A stretch of 29,910 bases of DNA, taken from IMG/VR virus record IMGVR_UViG_3300045988_123188; one strand, given 5' to 3'. Source of the DNA: a virus (taxonomy: Duplodnaviria; Heunggongvirae; Uroviricota; Caudoviricetes). Numbering within the stretch: the first letter of the stretch is position 1; the number at the start of each line of letters is the position of its first letter. This document shows positions 19,946 to 27,874 of this stretch, one piece after another. The notes under the pieces were generated by a model. The model was not told the origin of the DNA. It saw only the letters and a list, made by a program, of their open reading frames with translations, and did no database searches. A program made the translations under genes and the position numbers.

Positions 19946-20656
19946 TTACAAAGGCAGAATGGCACTTCCTGCCCGATGGCGTTTGATGATTTCACTGCGC
20001 TTCTCCGCCGCATTTAATAATGCAGTTCGATTTAAGCTCAGACATCGCGACTTAATTAAAAGCCAGCGTTCTTTATAATCTTGTCTCCAGCTATCAATAG
20101 ATATATTCAGTAGAAAACTCAGATGCCTGTCCTGTTCTCTCTCATCAACTGCCTCAGCACACGTAAGTTCTGATTTAACCTGCTGTGCCGCGTAATAAAT
20201 CAATTTCCGCATGGCTTTTTTCGTGGAGGCCTTCATTTTTTTAAAGCCGCCCCCCGAATGAGCAACCAGAAAATCAAGCCATAACCACTGACAAACAATC
20301 ACATCATTGTTGTAATCAGGCTTGCATCCGTAGCAATAATAAAGCCAGGCTGATTCCTCGTTATTCAACTGACCAATAGCCCTGCGCCAGCTGGCGCTCT
20401 GAAAATCAATATCAGTGAGCAACATTGATGATTGTTTAAATGTTTTCCCCTGGTGGAATCTAACCGGCTCAGCAGGAACGGACACTTCGTATGAGTTATC
20501 ATCCCCCACACTGATTGACCGGACTGGTTTATTGTTAAACCGTCCTGACCTACCGAGACGCATCTGCTCAAGCTGGACCTCCAGAATGCCACGCTGGCGA
20601 TAATGAACATCAGCCAATGCCGTAGAGACGCAGCTGCGTATATACTCAAGCTCCAC
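19946..20656 (-). CDS. hypothetical 236-aa protein first downstream of cro; possible Q-like late antiterminator by position only
   Basis: Track ORF; the Q assignment rests only on my recollection that N15 immB is cB-cro-Q and on the PR'-like leader at ~13.1 kb; no sequence motif recognised. Confidence 0.3.
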   Translation of the reverse strand: MELEYIRSCVSTALADVHYRQRGILEVQLEQMRLGRSGRFNNKPVRSISVGDDNSYEVSVPAEPVRFHQGKTFKQSSMLLTDIDFQSASWRRAIGQLNNEESAWLYYCYGCKPDYNNDVIVCQWLWLDFLVAHSGGGFKKMKASTKKAMRKLIYYAAQQVKSELTCAEAVDEREQDRHLSFLLNISIDSWRQDYKERWLLIKSRCLSLNRTALLNAAEKRSEIIKRHRAGSAILPL

Positions 20657-20867
20657 GCTTACGACTCTCCTTAATCGACTGCTTTACCCGCCGAGTTGTA
20701 AAGTCACTCTTCAGCTTATAAGCAGTACGAACTTCAATATCGCTTTGCCGCAATGAAGGAATCTCTCCAGCGGTTAACCATTGGTAAACAGCTCCGGGTG
20801 TTACACCTACCCCTGCCGCTGCTTTTTCTACACTGCCAAAGTGGCGAATAAGTTCTTCTGGTTTCAT
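20646..20867 (-). CDS. Cro-like HTH repressor
   Basis: Internal ATG (MKPEELIRHFGSVEKAAAGVGVTPGAVYQWLTAGEIP...), 73 aa, HTH; divergent from the repressor gene across an operator-bearing AT-rich region. Confidence 0.65.
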   Translation of the reverse strand: MKPEELIRHFGSVEKAAAGVGVTPGAVYQWLTAGEIPSLRQSDIEVRTAYKLKSDFTTRRVKQSIKESRKRGA

Positions 20868-20897
20868 GTTGTTATTATAAACAATAAACAACAATTA

Positions 20898-20936
20898 AAG
20901 CCAGCTATAATAAATAAATTTTATAGCCAGCTATAA
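20898..20936. promoter_or_regulatory. operator region: palindrome TTATAGC-CA-GCTATAA (~20921-20936) plus half-site copy AGCCAGCTATAA (~20898-20912) between cro and repressor genes
   Basis: Inverted 7-bp half-sites seen directly; position is that of OR/PR/PRM in lambdoid switches. Confidence 0.5.
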
Positions 20937-20958
20937 GAAGATCATTTATGATTACAGT

Positions 20959-21555
20959 ATGAAAACACGAGGCGAACGACTGAAAGCACGCCGTTTAGAG
21001 ATGAAGCTGACGTTGCGAGAAGTTGCTGAGGCTGTCGATATCTCTATAGCAGGCGTCCAAAACTTAGAACGTGGCGACGTAATGCCGTCACTGGAGATAG
21101 GTATTGCCCTGGCTAAGTGCTTACGCAAGCCAGTGCATTGGGTGCTATATGGGACAGAATATGACCCTGACCGCATTCCTGTTATTGGCACAACTGAAAG
21201 TGGGCCGGATGAAGAGTGGAAGCCGGGACAGGTTCCAAATACTGAGCGATTCCTGCCATTCATCAGCCAGCGCAATACTGTGTATGCGTTAACTATCAGC
21301 AATCTTACGCAGGGAAACTATCAGCCAGGCGATTTTCTCCTGGTCGATTCTGCGCTGGAACTGGTCCCCGGCGAGGATGTTCTGGTTCGTGATACTGCAG
21401 GAAATATCACTATCCAGCGCCTGGCCCGTTTTGATGATGAAAATTACTATCTGGATGGAACAAACTCACAACGCGCCATCTTCAGGAAAAGCGATCTTGA
21501 ATTTGTTCACCAAATAGTCGGAACGATCAAATCATTCATGGTTGAGGGTAGATGA
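20959..21555 (+). CDS. prophage repressor, CI/CB-like (N-terminal XRE HTH plus C-terminal S24/LexA-like fold)
   Basis: HTH LTLREVAEAVDISIAGVQNLERG; C-terminal region GDFLLVDSALELVPGEDVLVRD resembles the lambda CI C-terminal domain; ATG has no SD, suggesting a leaderless mRNA as for lambda cI from PRM. Confidence 0.7.
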   Translation: MKTRGERLKARRLEMKLTLREVAEAVDISIAGVQNLERGDVMPSLEIGIALAKCLRKPVHWVLYGTEYDPDRIPVIGTTESGPDEEWKPGQVPNTERFLPFISQRNTVYALTISNLTQGNYQPGDFLLVDSALELVPGEDVLVRDTAGNITIQRLARFDDENYYLDGTNSQRAIFRKSDLEFVHQIVGTIKSFMVEGR

Positions 21556-21656
21556 CTTAATACGGGGTTTATTGTTTGCTGTAAATCTGGTTTAATGCAG
21601 GGCATATGTTCTGTGGGTTGACTCAGGTTACAGCAGCAGAAAAAAGACGAAAAAAA

Positions 21657-21686
21657 ACCCGAGTCGGCAAACTCGGGTCCTTTTCA
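21657..21686. terminator. bidirectional rho-independent terminator ACCCGAGT-CGGCAA-ACTCGGGT flanked by A8 and TTTT
   Basis: Perfect 8-bp stem with T/A tracts on both sides; lies between the repressor gene and repA. Confidence 0.55.
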
Positions 21687-21800
21687 GGAAGCAGCCACAA
21701 CAACGCGACGGATTCCGTCAATTCAAGATGTGTTTATTGTGGCTGCTCCTGCGGATTTTTTCAACCCGAAAAAACATAATTCGCATGGAATGGCTAAAAA

Positions 21801-24800
21801 ATGACATTAAACGATTTCTATGCGGATCGCTTTGGCAGCGATCCGTTCTCGCTAATTGAAGCAGCACGGGATGAACTAACCGAGCTGGCACAGATGGCTG
21901 GTATCAACTGGCCTGCCTGTTCCGACAACATCCAACTCAACCCTCGCGGGGGGGTTGAGCGTTACTCTTCATACAATAAAACATCTCCAGAAGCTCTCGA
22001 AAAGAGCCTGAAAGGACGCGTAGAAATTTACTCCCGGCTGGAACACAGCAAAGGGATTGATTACCCGTTCATTAACTTCGTCCATAAAGGCAGCGATGCT
22101 GGCTCATGGAGCGGTTTCTCCTTCCTGTTTTCTGAATATCGCCGTGAGCAACAACGGAATAATGCGACCGTGGTCGCACAACCGGAAGAAGAACGGGAAA
22201 GAATAGAACGTCAGGCCGAAGCACGTCGTCGCCGTGAAGAACAAAAACGAATTAATGACCTGAAAAACAACCAAATGGACCATGAACGTTTGCTGGGATG
22301 GCTGGCATTCCACAGCGCGTGGGAACATGCTCCGGCTGAAGACGGCTCATGGCCATATGCGATTAAAAAAGGTATTCGTGACGTTTTTAGTTCATGTGAT
22401 GTGCGTCGCGTGACCAGTCACGACAGTGCGAAATGGAGTCGGGGACCAACCACATATATGGCTATCCCTCTGGCTCACCTGGACGGTCGTTACGATGGTC
22501 GTATTGTGGGTTGGCAGCGAATCGACAAACAAGGTGGGAAATACCAGACCAGCGCAGTAACCAGCGGCGATTTCGTCGGTGCCTGCTTTGTTATCGGTGA
22601 GCTGAAAGGGGCGCAAAACATCGCTGTTACAGAAGGTTTTGCTACTGGTGCATCCATCTGGCTTGCCACGAAAAAAGATAAACGCTTTGACGCTGTGGTT
22701 GTCGCTGTATCCGCTAACAACATGGTTCATGTTGTGGAACAACTGGTAAACATGTACCCGGCGGTAAAAATCACCTGCGCACTGGATAATGACCGGAAAT
22801 CTGCCACAGAAGGAAAAGGGAATACCGGCCTGCGGACTGGCTATGAAATCTTATCGAAATTCAACGATGTCCGCTGCGTCTATCCAACTTTTGAAGACGA
22901 TCCGCAAATGGAGTGCAGTGACTTCAACGACCTGCACAAACTACGTGGACTTCGTGAAACAGCACGTCAACTATTTGCAACAGCAAACCGCCTGAAAACC
23001 GGTACTGATTTGCTATCTCTGACGCTCAACCGCCTGAAGACAATTAAGCGGGATAACCGTCGTACTTTTGCCAAAGAGCTGCTGAGAGCGGTGGATATTG
23101 GCATGCTAACCTGCCCGGTTCCTAACAGTCCGTCAGATTTATTTAACATGTTCTGCATCGTTCTGCGTGAAATGGGACTGGAAAATATCTATCGCGCTAC
23201 GGTAAAAGACCACATTGCCCGTCGCCTGAATAAAAAGTGCCGTATTGCCCAGGCTCCGCGCTCTTTCAGCGAACGCATAACTGATCCCAATAAACGCCCT
23301 CAACATATCACCTATAAGCGTTTTGAAACTTCGGTAATGACCGATGATCTCCTGAAGTACGTGCAATCACTACAGGGGATAGTCATCGTCCGTGCTGGTA
23401 TGGGTTCCGGCAAATCTACTGGATTGTTACGACCGTTAATGCATAGCTCAGAACGTGGTATCTCTGTTGCTCACCGTGTCTCCCTTATTGGTGGCCTGTG
23501 GGAAATGATGACAGAAGGAAAAGGTGTAAAAGCCGATATCCTGCACTATCAGGACCCTGGCTATCAGGAAATGGCTCCATACGCCAGTAAACTGACCATC
23601 TGCATAAACTCGATTGTTAAAAACTGCTGGCAACCGTTGATGCGCCAGCACGACTATTTTGGCTTTGACGAGGCCACACAAGGGCTACGTGCCGTTCTTT
23701 CCGGTCGGGCTATGGAAAACCCAGTGGCTGTATTCAATACGCTAATTGACGCGCTGGCCAGAACGGAACAACACCCAATAATGGTGGATGCTGATGCGAA
23801 CGATCTGCTGGTTGACCTGGCTGAACTGGCTATGAAACGCCGTGAAGAACTAGGTTTACCGGCATGGCTGCAGATCCACGTAATTGAATTACCTGTTGAT
23901 GTTCGCAACCGCGAAACAGGTGAGCCAATCCGGGTTTTTTATACAGAAAAAGATCGCATCATGACCGAGGTGGTGAAAGCTGTATCGGATGGCGAAAAAA
24001 TCATGTTGGCCACCGACAGCTCCACCTTTGCAGAAGATGTGACAGCCACCCTGAGAATGCATTTTCCTGGTAAGAAATTTCTGTGTGTAAACCAGAAAAA
24101 CAAACCAGAGCCAGAAGTTGAAGCATTTACCAATCAACCGAAAAAGATGGTCAAAAAATACGACGGCCTGATTTATAGCCCGTCTATTTCATCCGGCGTG
24201 TCGATTGAGCAAAAACATTTTGACCGTCATTTCGGCATGTTCTGTGGTGAAGTTGTACCCAGCGACGCAGTGCAAATGCTACGCCGCGACCGTACAGCAA
24301 AAGAATTTATTATCGGCTTTGATAAAGCTCGTGCAAAACGTGAAACTGACCCGCAAAAAATAGAACGAGCATTCGCCCAGGCATTGCTTGCTACCGCAGG
24401 TATGAACGGTGAACTTACGGATGTCGTTTTCGATGGCGACCGTATATCAATGGGGGTGGCCAATACCGACTTTACCAGGATGAAAATTAAAGCAGCCGCA
24501 ATTGAAGCGACTGCGCGTAACGACTACGCCAGCAACATGATCTGCATCATGCACAGCGACGGTTATAAGGTATCACCGCTGGCCACCGATTATGCTGCGA
24601 ATGATATCGGTAAAGATCTGCGTAAAGAAGCGCGGGATATTGTGTGGGAACAGACACTGGATCTGCACCTCAATACAGAAACTCCACAAGAATCAGAGCG
24701 TGAAAAACTGCTAAAAAAACGCGCGCTGACGCTTGAAGAACAGGCAAAACTTGTCCGCTGGGATATTGAAAACGAACTGAAACTACCGGTTGAAGAAGGC

Positions 24801-25796
24801 ACGCTGAAATTCTATTTCGATGGTGCTCGAGACAAAGTTCGCCGCTATGAAACAATGCTTTTAGATGAGGTAACAGCTCGTCGTTACGACCGGGAAGAAG
24901 CAGCCATCAATTTTACCTACGCATACCGTCAGGCGGGACAGTGGCAATATTTTGTAGTGACCGCGATGACTCGCGAGCAGGCTGATGATGTCTTTAAAAC
25001 TAAATTCCCTGGAATAATCGATCACAAGGTAAAAGCTACTCCTACTGTTGAAGTCGGGGCGCGCGGTTTCTATGCGCTTAAATCAGCAACTCTCCGGCAG
25101 TACTTTATCGACTGCGGTATCAACCCTGAGACTATGACCGGCGAGGCGACTCAGGAGCGTCTCAAATTCGCTCGAGATAACCTCATGACAGCCGAACGCC
25201 GTGACCTGTTGAATAACGTTCTGCACATTGGTGGTTTTATGACGCCAAAAGGGAAGCCTAAAGTGCCGGAAGCGTTGTTTAAAAACATTTGCGACTCTCT
25301 TGGCCTTAAAACAGGTAAACGTCGCGGCAGAGACGGCGATAAGCGTCCAACCTTGCGTTTTGTTGAGCCTGAATCAGCGGCATTTATGCTGGATATTCTT
25401 GTTCAGCGTCAGAAAGATGGCCTAACCCTAAAAACGCGTAAAGCCGAGAAGACAGCCATCGAAATGGATCGCGATTTGGATCTCAATATATATATGGATG
25501 ATAAAACGCGATCCACAAACGAGCAGGTTCAAAACGCCCCTCATTCAGTAATTTCTGAGGCTTTGGCCGTGTTGCCAGTGGCTGTACCTGAGTCCTGGGC
25601 GATGAGTGCGCTTTCCAGTGAGGAGTTGGCCACTATGTCATCATGGTCATCAGCCAGCATAGCTATGACGTTTGCATCTCTGTACCTCACAGAGTTCATG
25701 GATCACCTTTCCAGCAATGAGCTGCGGCGGTTACGTGAATACATTACGGGGAATAGCTCATGCAGCTACGAAGAGCAGGGCGCTTTCTTTGGGTAA
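21801..25796 (+). CDS. repA: replication protein RepA, multidomain primase-helicase (N15 RepA-like)
   Basis: 1331 aa; Toprim/primase-like segment (NIAVTEGFATGASIW...TCALDNDRKSATEGKGNTG), Walker A GMGSGKST, Walker B-like FGFDEA; size and architecture match my recollection of N15 RepA (~1320 aa). Confidence 0.8.
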   Translation: MTLNDFYADRFGSDPFSLIEAARDELTELAQMAGINWPACSDNIQLNPRGGVERYSSYNKTSPEALEKSLKGRVEIYSRLEHSKGIDYPFINFVHKGSDAGSWSGFSFLFSEYRREQQRNNATVVAQPEEERERIERQAEARRRREEQKRINDLKNNQMDHERLLGWLAFHSAWEHAPAEDGSWPYAIKKGIRDVFSSCDVRRVTSHDSAKWSRGPTTYMAIPLAHLDGRYDGRIVGWQRIDKQGGKYQTSAVTSGDFVGACFVIGELKGAQNIAVTEGFATGASIWLATKKDKRFDAVVVAVSANNMVHVVEQLVNMYPAVKITCALDNDRKSATEGKGNTGLRTGYEILSKFNDVRCVYPTFEDDPQMECSDFNDLHKLRGLRETARQLFATANRLKTGTDLLSLTLNRLKTIKRDNRRTFAKELLRAVDIGMLTCPVPNSPSDLFNMFCIVLREMGLENIYRATVKDHIARRLNKKCRIAQAPRSFSERITDPNKRPQHITYKRFETSVMTDDLLKYVQSLQGIVIVRAGMGSGKSTGLLRPLMHSSERGISVAHRVSLIGGLWEMMTEGKGVKADILHYQDPGYQEMAPYASKLTICINSIVKNCWQPLMRQHDYFGFDEATQGLRAVLSGRAMENPVAVFNTLIDALARTEQHPIMVDADANDLLVDLAELAMKRREELGLPAWLQIHVIELPVDVRNRETGEPIRVFYTEKDRIMTEVVKAVSDGEKIMLATDSSTFAEDVTATLRMHFPGKKFLCVNQKNKPEPEVEAFTNQPKKMVKKYDGLIYSPSISSGVSIEQKHFDRHFGMFCGEVVPSDAVQMLRRDRTAKEFIIGFDKARAKRETDPQKIERAFAQALLATAGMNGELTDVVFDGDRISMGVANTDFTRMKIKAAAIEATARNDYASNMICIMHSDGYKVSPLATDYAANDIGKDLRKEARDIVWEQTLDLHLNTETPQESEREKLLKKRALTLEEQAKLVRWDIENELKLPVEEGTLKFYFDGARDKVRRYETMLLDEVTARRYDREEAAINFTYAYRQAGQWQYFVVTAMTREQADDVFKTKFPGIIDHKVKATPTVEVGARGFYALKSATLRQYFIDCGINPETMTGEATQERLKFARDNLMTAERRDLLNNVLHIGGFMTPKGKPKVPEALFKNICDSLGLKTGKRRGRDGDKRPTLRFVEPESAAFMLDILVQRQKDGLTLKTRKAEKTAIEMDRDLDLNIYMDDKTRSTNEQVQNAPHSVISEALAVLPVAVPESWAMSALSSEELATMSSWSSASIAMTFASLYLTEFMDHLSSNELRRLREYITGNSSCSYEEQGAFFG
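22163..22178. promoter_or_regulatory. sopC-like palindrome TGCGACCGTGGTCGCA embedded in repA coding sequence (encodes NATVVAQ)
   Basis: Fifth copy; the only one inside a gene. Confidence 0.55.
25466..25514. other. candidate replication origin inside the 3' part of repA: inverted repeats GGATCGCG/CGCGATCC flanking (AT)5, with three GATC sites
   Basis: Seen in sequence; N15 ori is reported to lie within the 3' region of repA (recall). Confidence 0.35.
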
Positions 25797-25854
25797 TCAG
25801 TGGATATTATCGTATGTGGAAATCGTGATTTTTCGGTGAACGGGGAGTAAGAAT

Positions 25855-26184
25855 ATGTCGACGACTGCATTTTTAGACAAACTTGATTACCGTCAGCTGC
25901 AGTTCTGCCGGGATGAATGCGATCGACGCATTAAGGCTATTCAGGAAGAAGAGAAGAAAGTAGCTTGGGCGATCACTGATGGTGGGATTAATTTGGGTTG
26001 GTTCAGGACAGAAAACTACGTGAAAGCGGCTGAGCGTTTAGCTTCTTTAGCTTCTGAATTGTGGGAGGAGGAGCCAGATAAGGAACACCCATCTACCCGT
26101 TTGGGGCTTAATCTGGCAATTGAGGGGCATCATTTACCATTATCAGAGTATAACGCTTTGTTTGCTGATGGTGAGTGGGGTTAA
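25855..26184 (+). CDS. hypothetical protein (109 aa)
   Basis: ATG with GGGGAG SD directly downstream of repA. Confidence 0.45.
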   Translation: MSTTAFLDKLDYRQLQFCRDECDRRIKAIQEEEKKVAWAITDGGINLGWFRTENYVKAAERLASLASELWEEEPDKEHPSTRLGLNLAIEGHHLPLSEYNALFADGEWG

Positions 26185-26186
26185 AA

Positions 26187-26582
26187 ATGGCTGTTCAATC
26201 ATACAAATACGAATCCCCTTTGGATAAGGGATACATTCGTATCAAGTTAAGTCGTTCTCAGCATAAGGCTATTTTTAAGGTAAGGAAAATTCGCATATTG
26301 GATGCGTATGCGTATTACTACAACGGTGAAAATGTTGTTGTTGAACACTTTATTGCACGATGGTTTGTAGCTCTGATTTTTGTCCCTCTCCTGTTAATTG
26401 GTACTTTTGTGGATGGTTTTCCTAGTACATGGCGGGAGATAAAGAAAGGCCTATTCCCGCGTAAGTACGGCAGATTTTCGCAAGATAGCTGGCGAGTTAT
26501 ACCTGGTAAACATTCTGTAGATGAGCAACCGATTGTTGATTTCTGGTTGAATCGTATGGCTGATGCTAAAAAAGTTGATTGA
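26187..26582 (+). CDS. hypothetical single-pass membrane protein (~132 aa)
   Basis: ATG 2 nt after the upstream stop; TM segment WFVALIFVPLLLIGTFV. Confidence 0.45.
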   Translation: MAVQSYKYESPLDKGYIRIKLSRSQHKAIFKVRKIRILDAYAYYYNGENVVVEHFIARWFVALIFVPLLLIGTFVDGFPSTWREIKKGLFPRKYGRFSQDSWRVIPGKHSVDEQPIVDFWLNRMADAKKVD

Positions 26583-26609
26583 ATTGTGATGACTGTTACA
26601 GGAGATAAA

Positions 26610-26897
26610 GTGAAGAGTTTTATTTTTGTTTTATGTTTTGCCTTTTCTGCTGCGGTTTATGCCCAGGAAGATAGCATTTCTGTTATTAACTCATCAGCGG
26701 ACCTTGCATGTAAAAATAATCCCGATGCTGCATCAAAAGAGTCATGCAAAGAGCTGCTCCTTTCGACGGCTGCTTTTGCTTCTGAAAATGCAAAATTTTA
26801 TTCAGCCTTTTGTCGCGGCTATGTTAAGGACGAAGATAAAGAAAAATGTGATGATGCCGGTAAGTTAGTTAGGTATTTCCAATCTCTTAATCAATAA
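26610..26897 (+). CDS. small secreted cysteine-rich protein (~95 aa)
   Basis: GTG start 5 nt after AGGAG; signal peptide KSFIFVLCFAFSAAVYA then QEDS; 6 Cys in the mature part. Confidence 0.5.
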   Translation: MKSFIFVLCFAFSAAVYAQEDSISVINSSADLACKNNPDAASKESCKELLLSTAAFASENAKFYSAFCRGYVKDEDKEKCDDAGKLVRYFQSLNQ

Positions 26898-26999
26898 TGG
26901 CCTTTGATTAACGATCAACTTCTGATCACTCGTTCAAGCAAACTATAAAAACACCTGTCCCCGTGACTGGTCACGGGGTAAAATGTCTTTGCAAATTAT

Positions 27000-27110
27000 T
27001 GACGTGCGCGTCGTTTTGACGGTAAAGTTTACTCCGCTACGGTAAATCCCGTAGCCGGGCGTAGGAACCCGAGTAAATGAAGCGCACAACACGCGCCAGC
27101 GTGTTTTTTT
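27000..27110 (+). ncRNA. candidate small antisense regulatory RNA (c4/CA-like) of the anti-repressor locus, ending at an intrinsic terminator
   Basis: Hairpin GCTACGG-TAAATC-CCGTAGC (~27036-27055), terminator AACACGC-GCCA-GCGTGTT + T7 (~27088-27110); 7-nt blocks CGGTAAA and GTAGGAA are complementary to TTTACCG and TTCCTAC ~130 bp downstream in the icd leader (~27181-27200). Confidence 0.3.
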
Positions 27111-27273
27111 GTGTGTAAAATCTGCGTACACCAAATTTATGGTGGCTCAGATGGGGCAGCTTTTAGCTGGCCGGTTTCTTCGTTTACCGGTATTCCTACC
27201 CCCGTCTGGGCTACCGCCATATAGAGCGTAGGAACTCTGGTGGTAGCACGACCAATTAAACGGAGTGCATACC

Positions 27274-27438
27274 ATGTTCAAATTCAAATTTGCGGCAATC
27301 GTTCGCACAGACAAAAAGTCACACATCCATCATCTTTCCACCATCGCGTCATCTGAACGGGAAGCTCGTCGCCAGTTCGCCAGCCGGTTTGTCCTGGTAT
27401 TGTCTGCCCGTATTCCGGTGCGCGAGGTGGCTGCATGA
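27274..27438 (+). CDS. Icd-like small protein (54 aa), putative cell-division inhibitor
   Basis: MFKFKFAAIVRTDKKSHIHHLSTIASSEREARRQFASRFVLVLSARIPVREVAA; SD GGAG 8 nt upstream; ATGA overlap with the next gene; not in the ORF track (<60 aa); family assignment from recall of Icd-like proteins. Confidence 0.4.
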   Translation: MFKFKFAAIVRTDKKSHIHHLSTIASSEREARRQFASRFVLVLSARIPVREVAA

Positions 27439-27668
27439 ATCAGGTAAAAATGAACACTGTTGGCCTGCTGGAATCGTTGGATGAACGTCTGGCTCAGGTC
27501 TATGCGCTCGTATCATCAGCCCATCGGACAATCTCCAGTTGTGAGGCGTCGATTTATCTCTCAGAAGCAGGGAAACTCCTTCAAATTGCGTGTGAGCTAA
27601 CACACGAAGCACAGGGTTATTCAGCATCGCTCTCGTCGCAATTGCTGCACGATAAGGAGGCTGAATGA
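27435..27668 (+). CDS. hypothetical protein (77 aa), AntA-position gene of the anti-repressor operon
   Basis: Track ORF; translationally coupled on both sides. Confidence 0.4.
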   Translation: MNQVKMNTVGLLESLDERLAQVYALVSSAHRTISSCEASIYLSEAGKLLQIACELTHEAQGYSASLSSQLLHDKEAE

Positions 27669-27829
27669 GCGCGTTAGCAGTCTTTTCCTTTCAGGAAGAG
27701 CATCAGGTTCGTGTAGTGATGATTAACGGCGAACCGTGGTTTGTTGCATCTGATGTGTGTATGGCGGCGGGTATTGATTCTACGGCCATCAGAAAGTTGG
27801 ATGAGGACGAAAAGGGGCAGGCGAGGTAG
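27665..27829 (+). pseudogene. truncated Bro-N/AntA-type antirepressor N-terminal domain (54 codons)
   Basis: MSALAVFSFQEEHQVRVVMINGEPWFVASDVCMAAGIDSTAIRKLDEDEKGQAR resembles Bro-N domains but stops after ~54 aa, whereas Bro-N proteins are usually over 100 aa. Confidence 0.4.
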
Positions 27830-27839
27830 ACCACACAAC

Positions 27840-27865
27840 AAGGCACCGATAATTCGGTGCCTTTA
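27840..27865. terminator. hairpin AAGGCACCG-ATAATT-CGGTGCCTT between converging ant operon and telN
   Basis: Perfect 9-bp stem seen in sequence; T-rich flank is modest. Confidence 0.4.
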
Positions 27866-27874
27866 CCGTATGCT

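Noticed and set aside
26900-27270. LexA (SOS) box in the anti-repressor leader
   Set aside because: I looked for CTGT-N8-ACAG and did not find a convincing match by eye; not reported as a feature.
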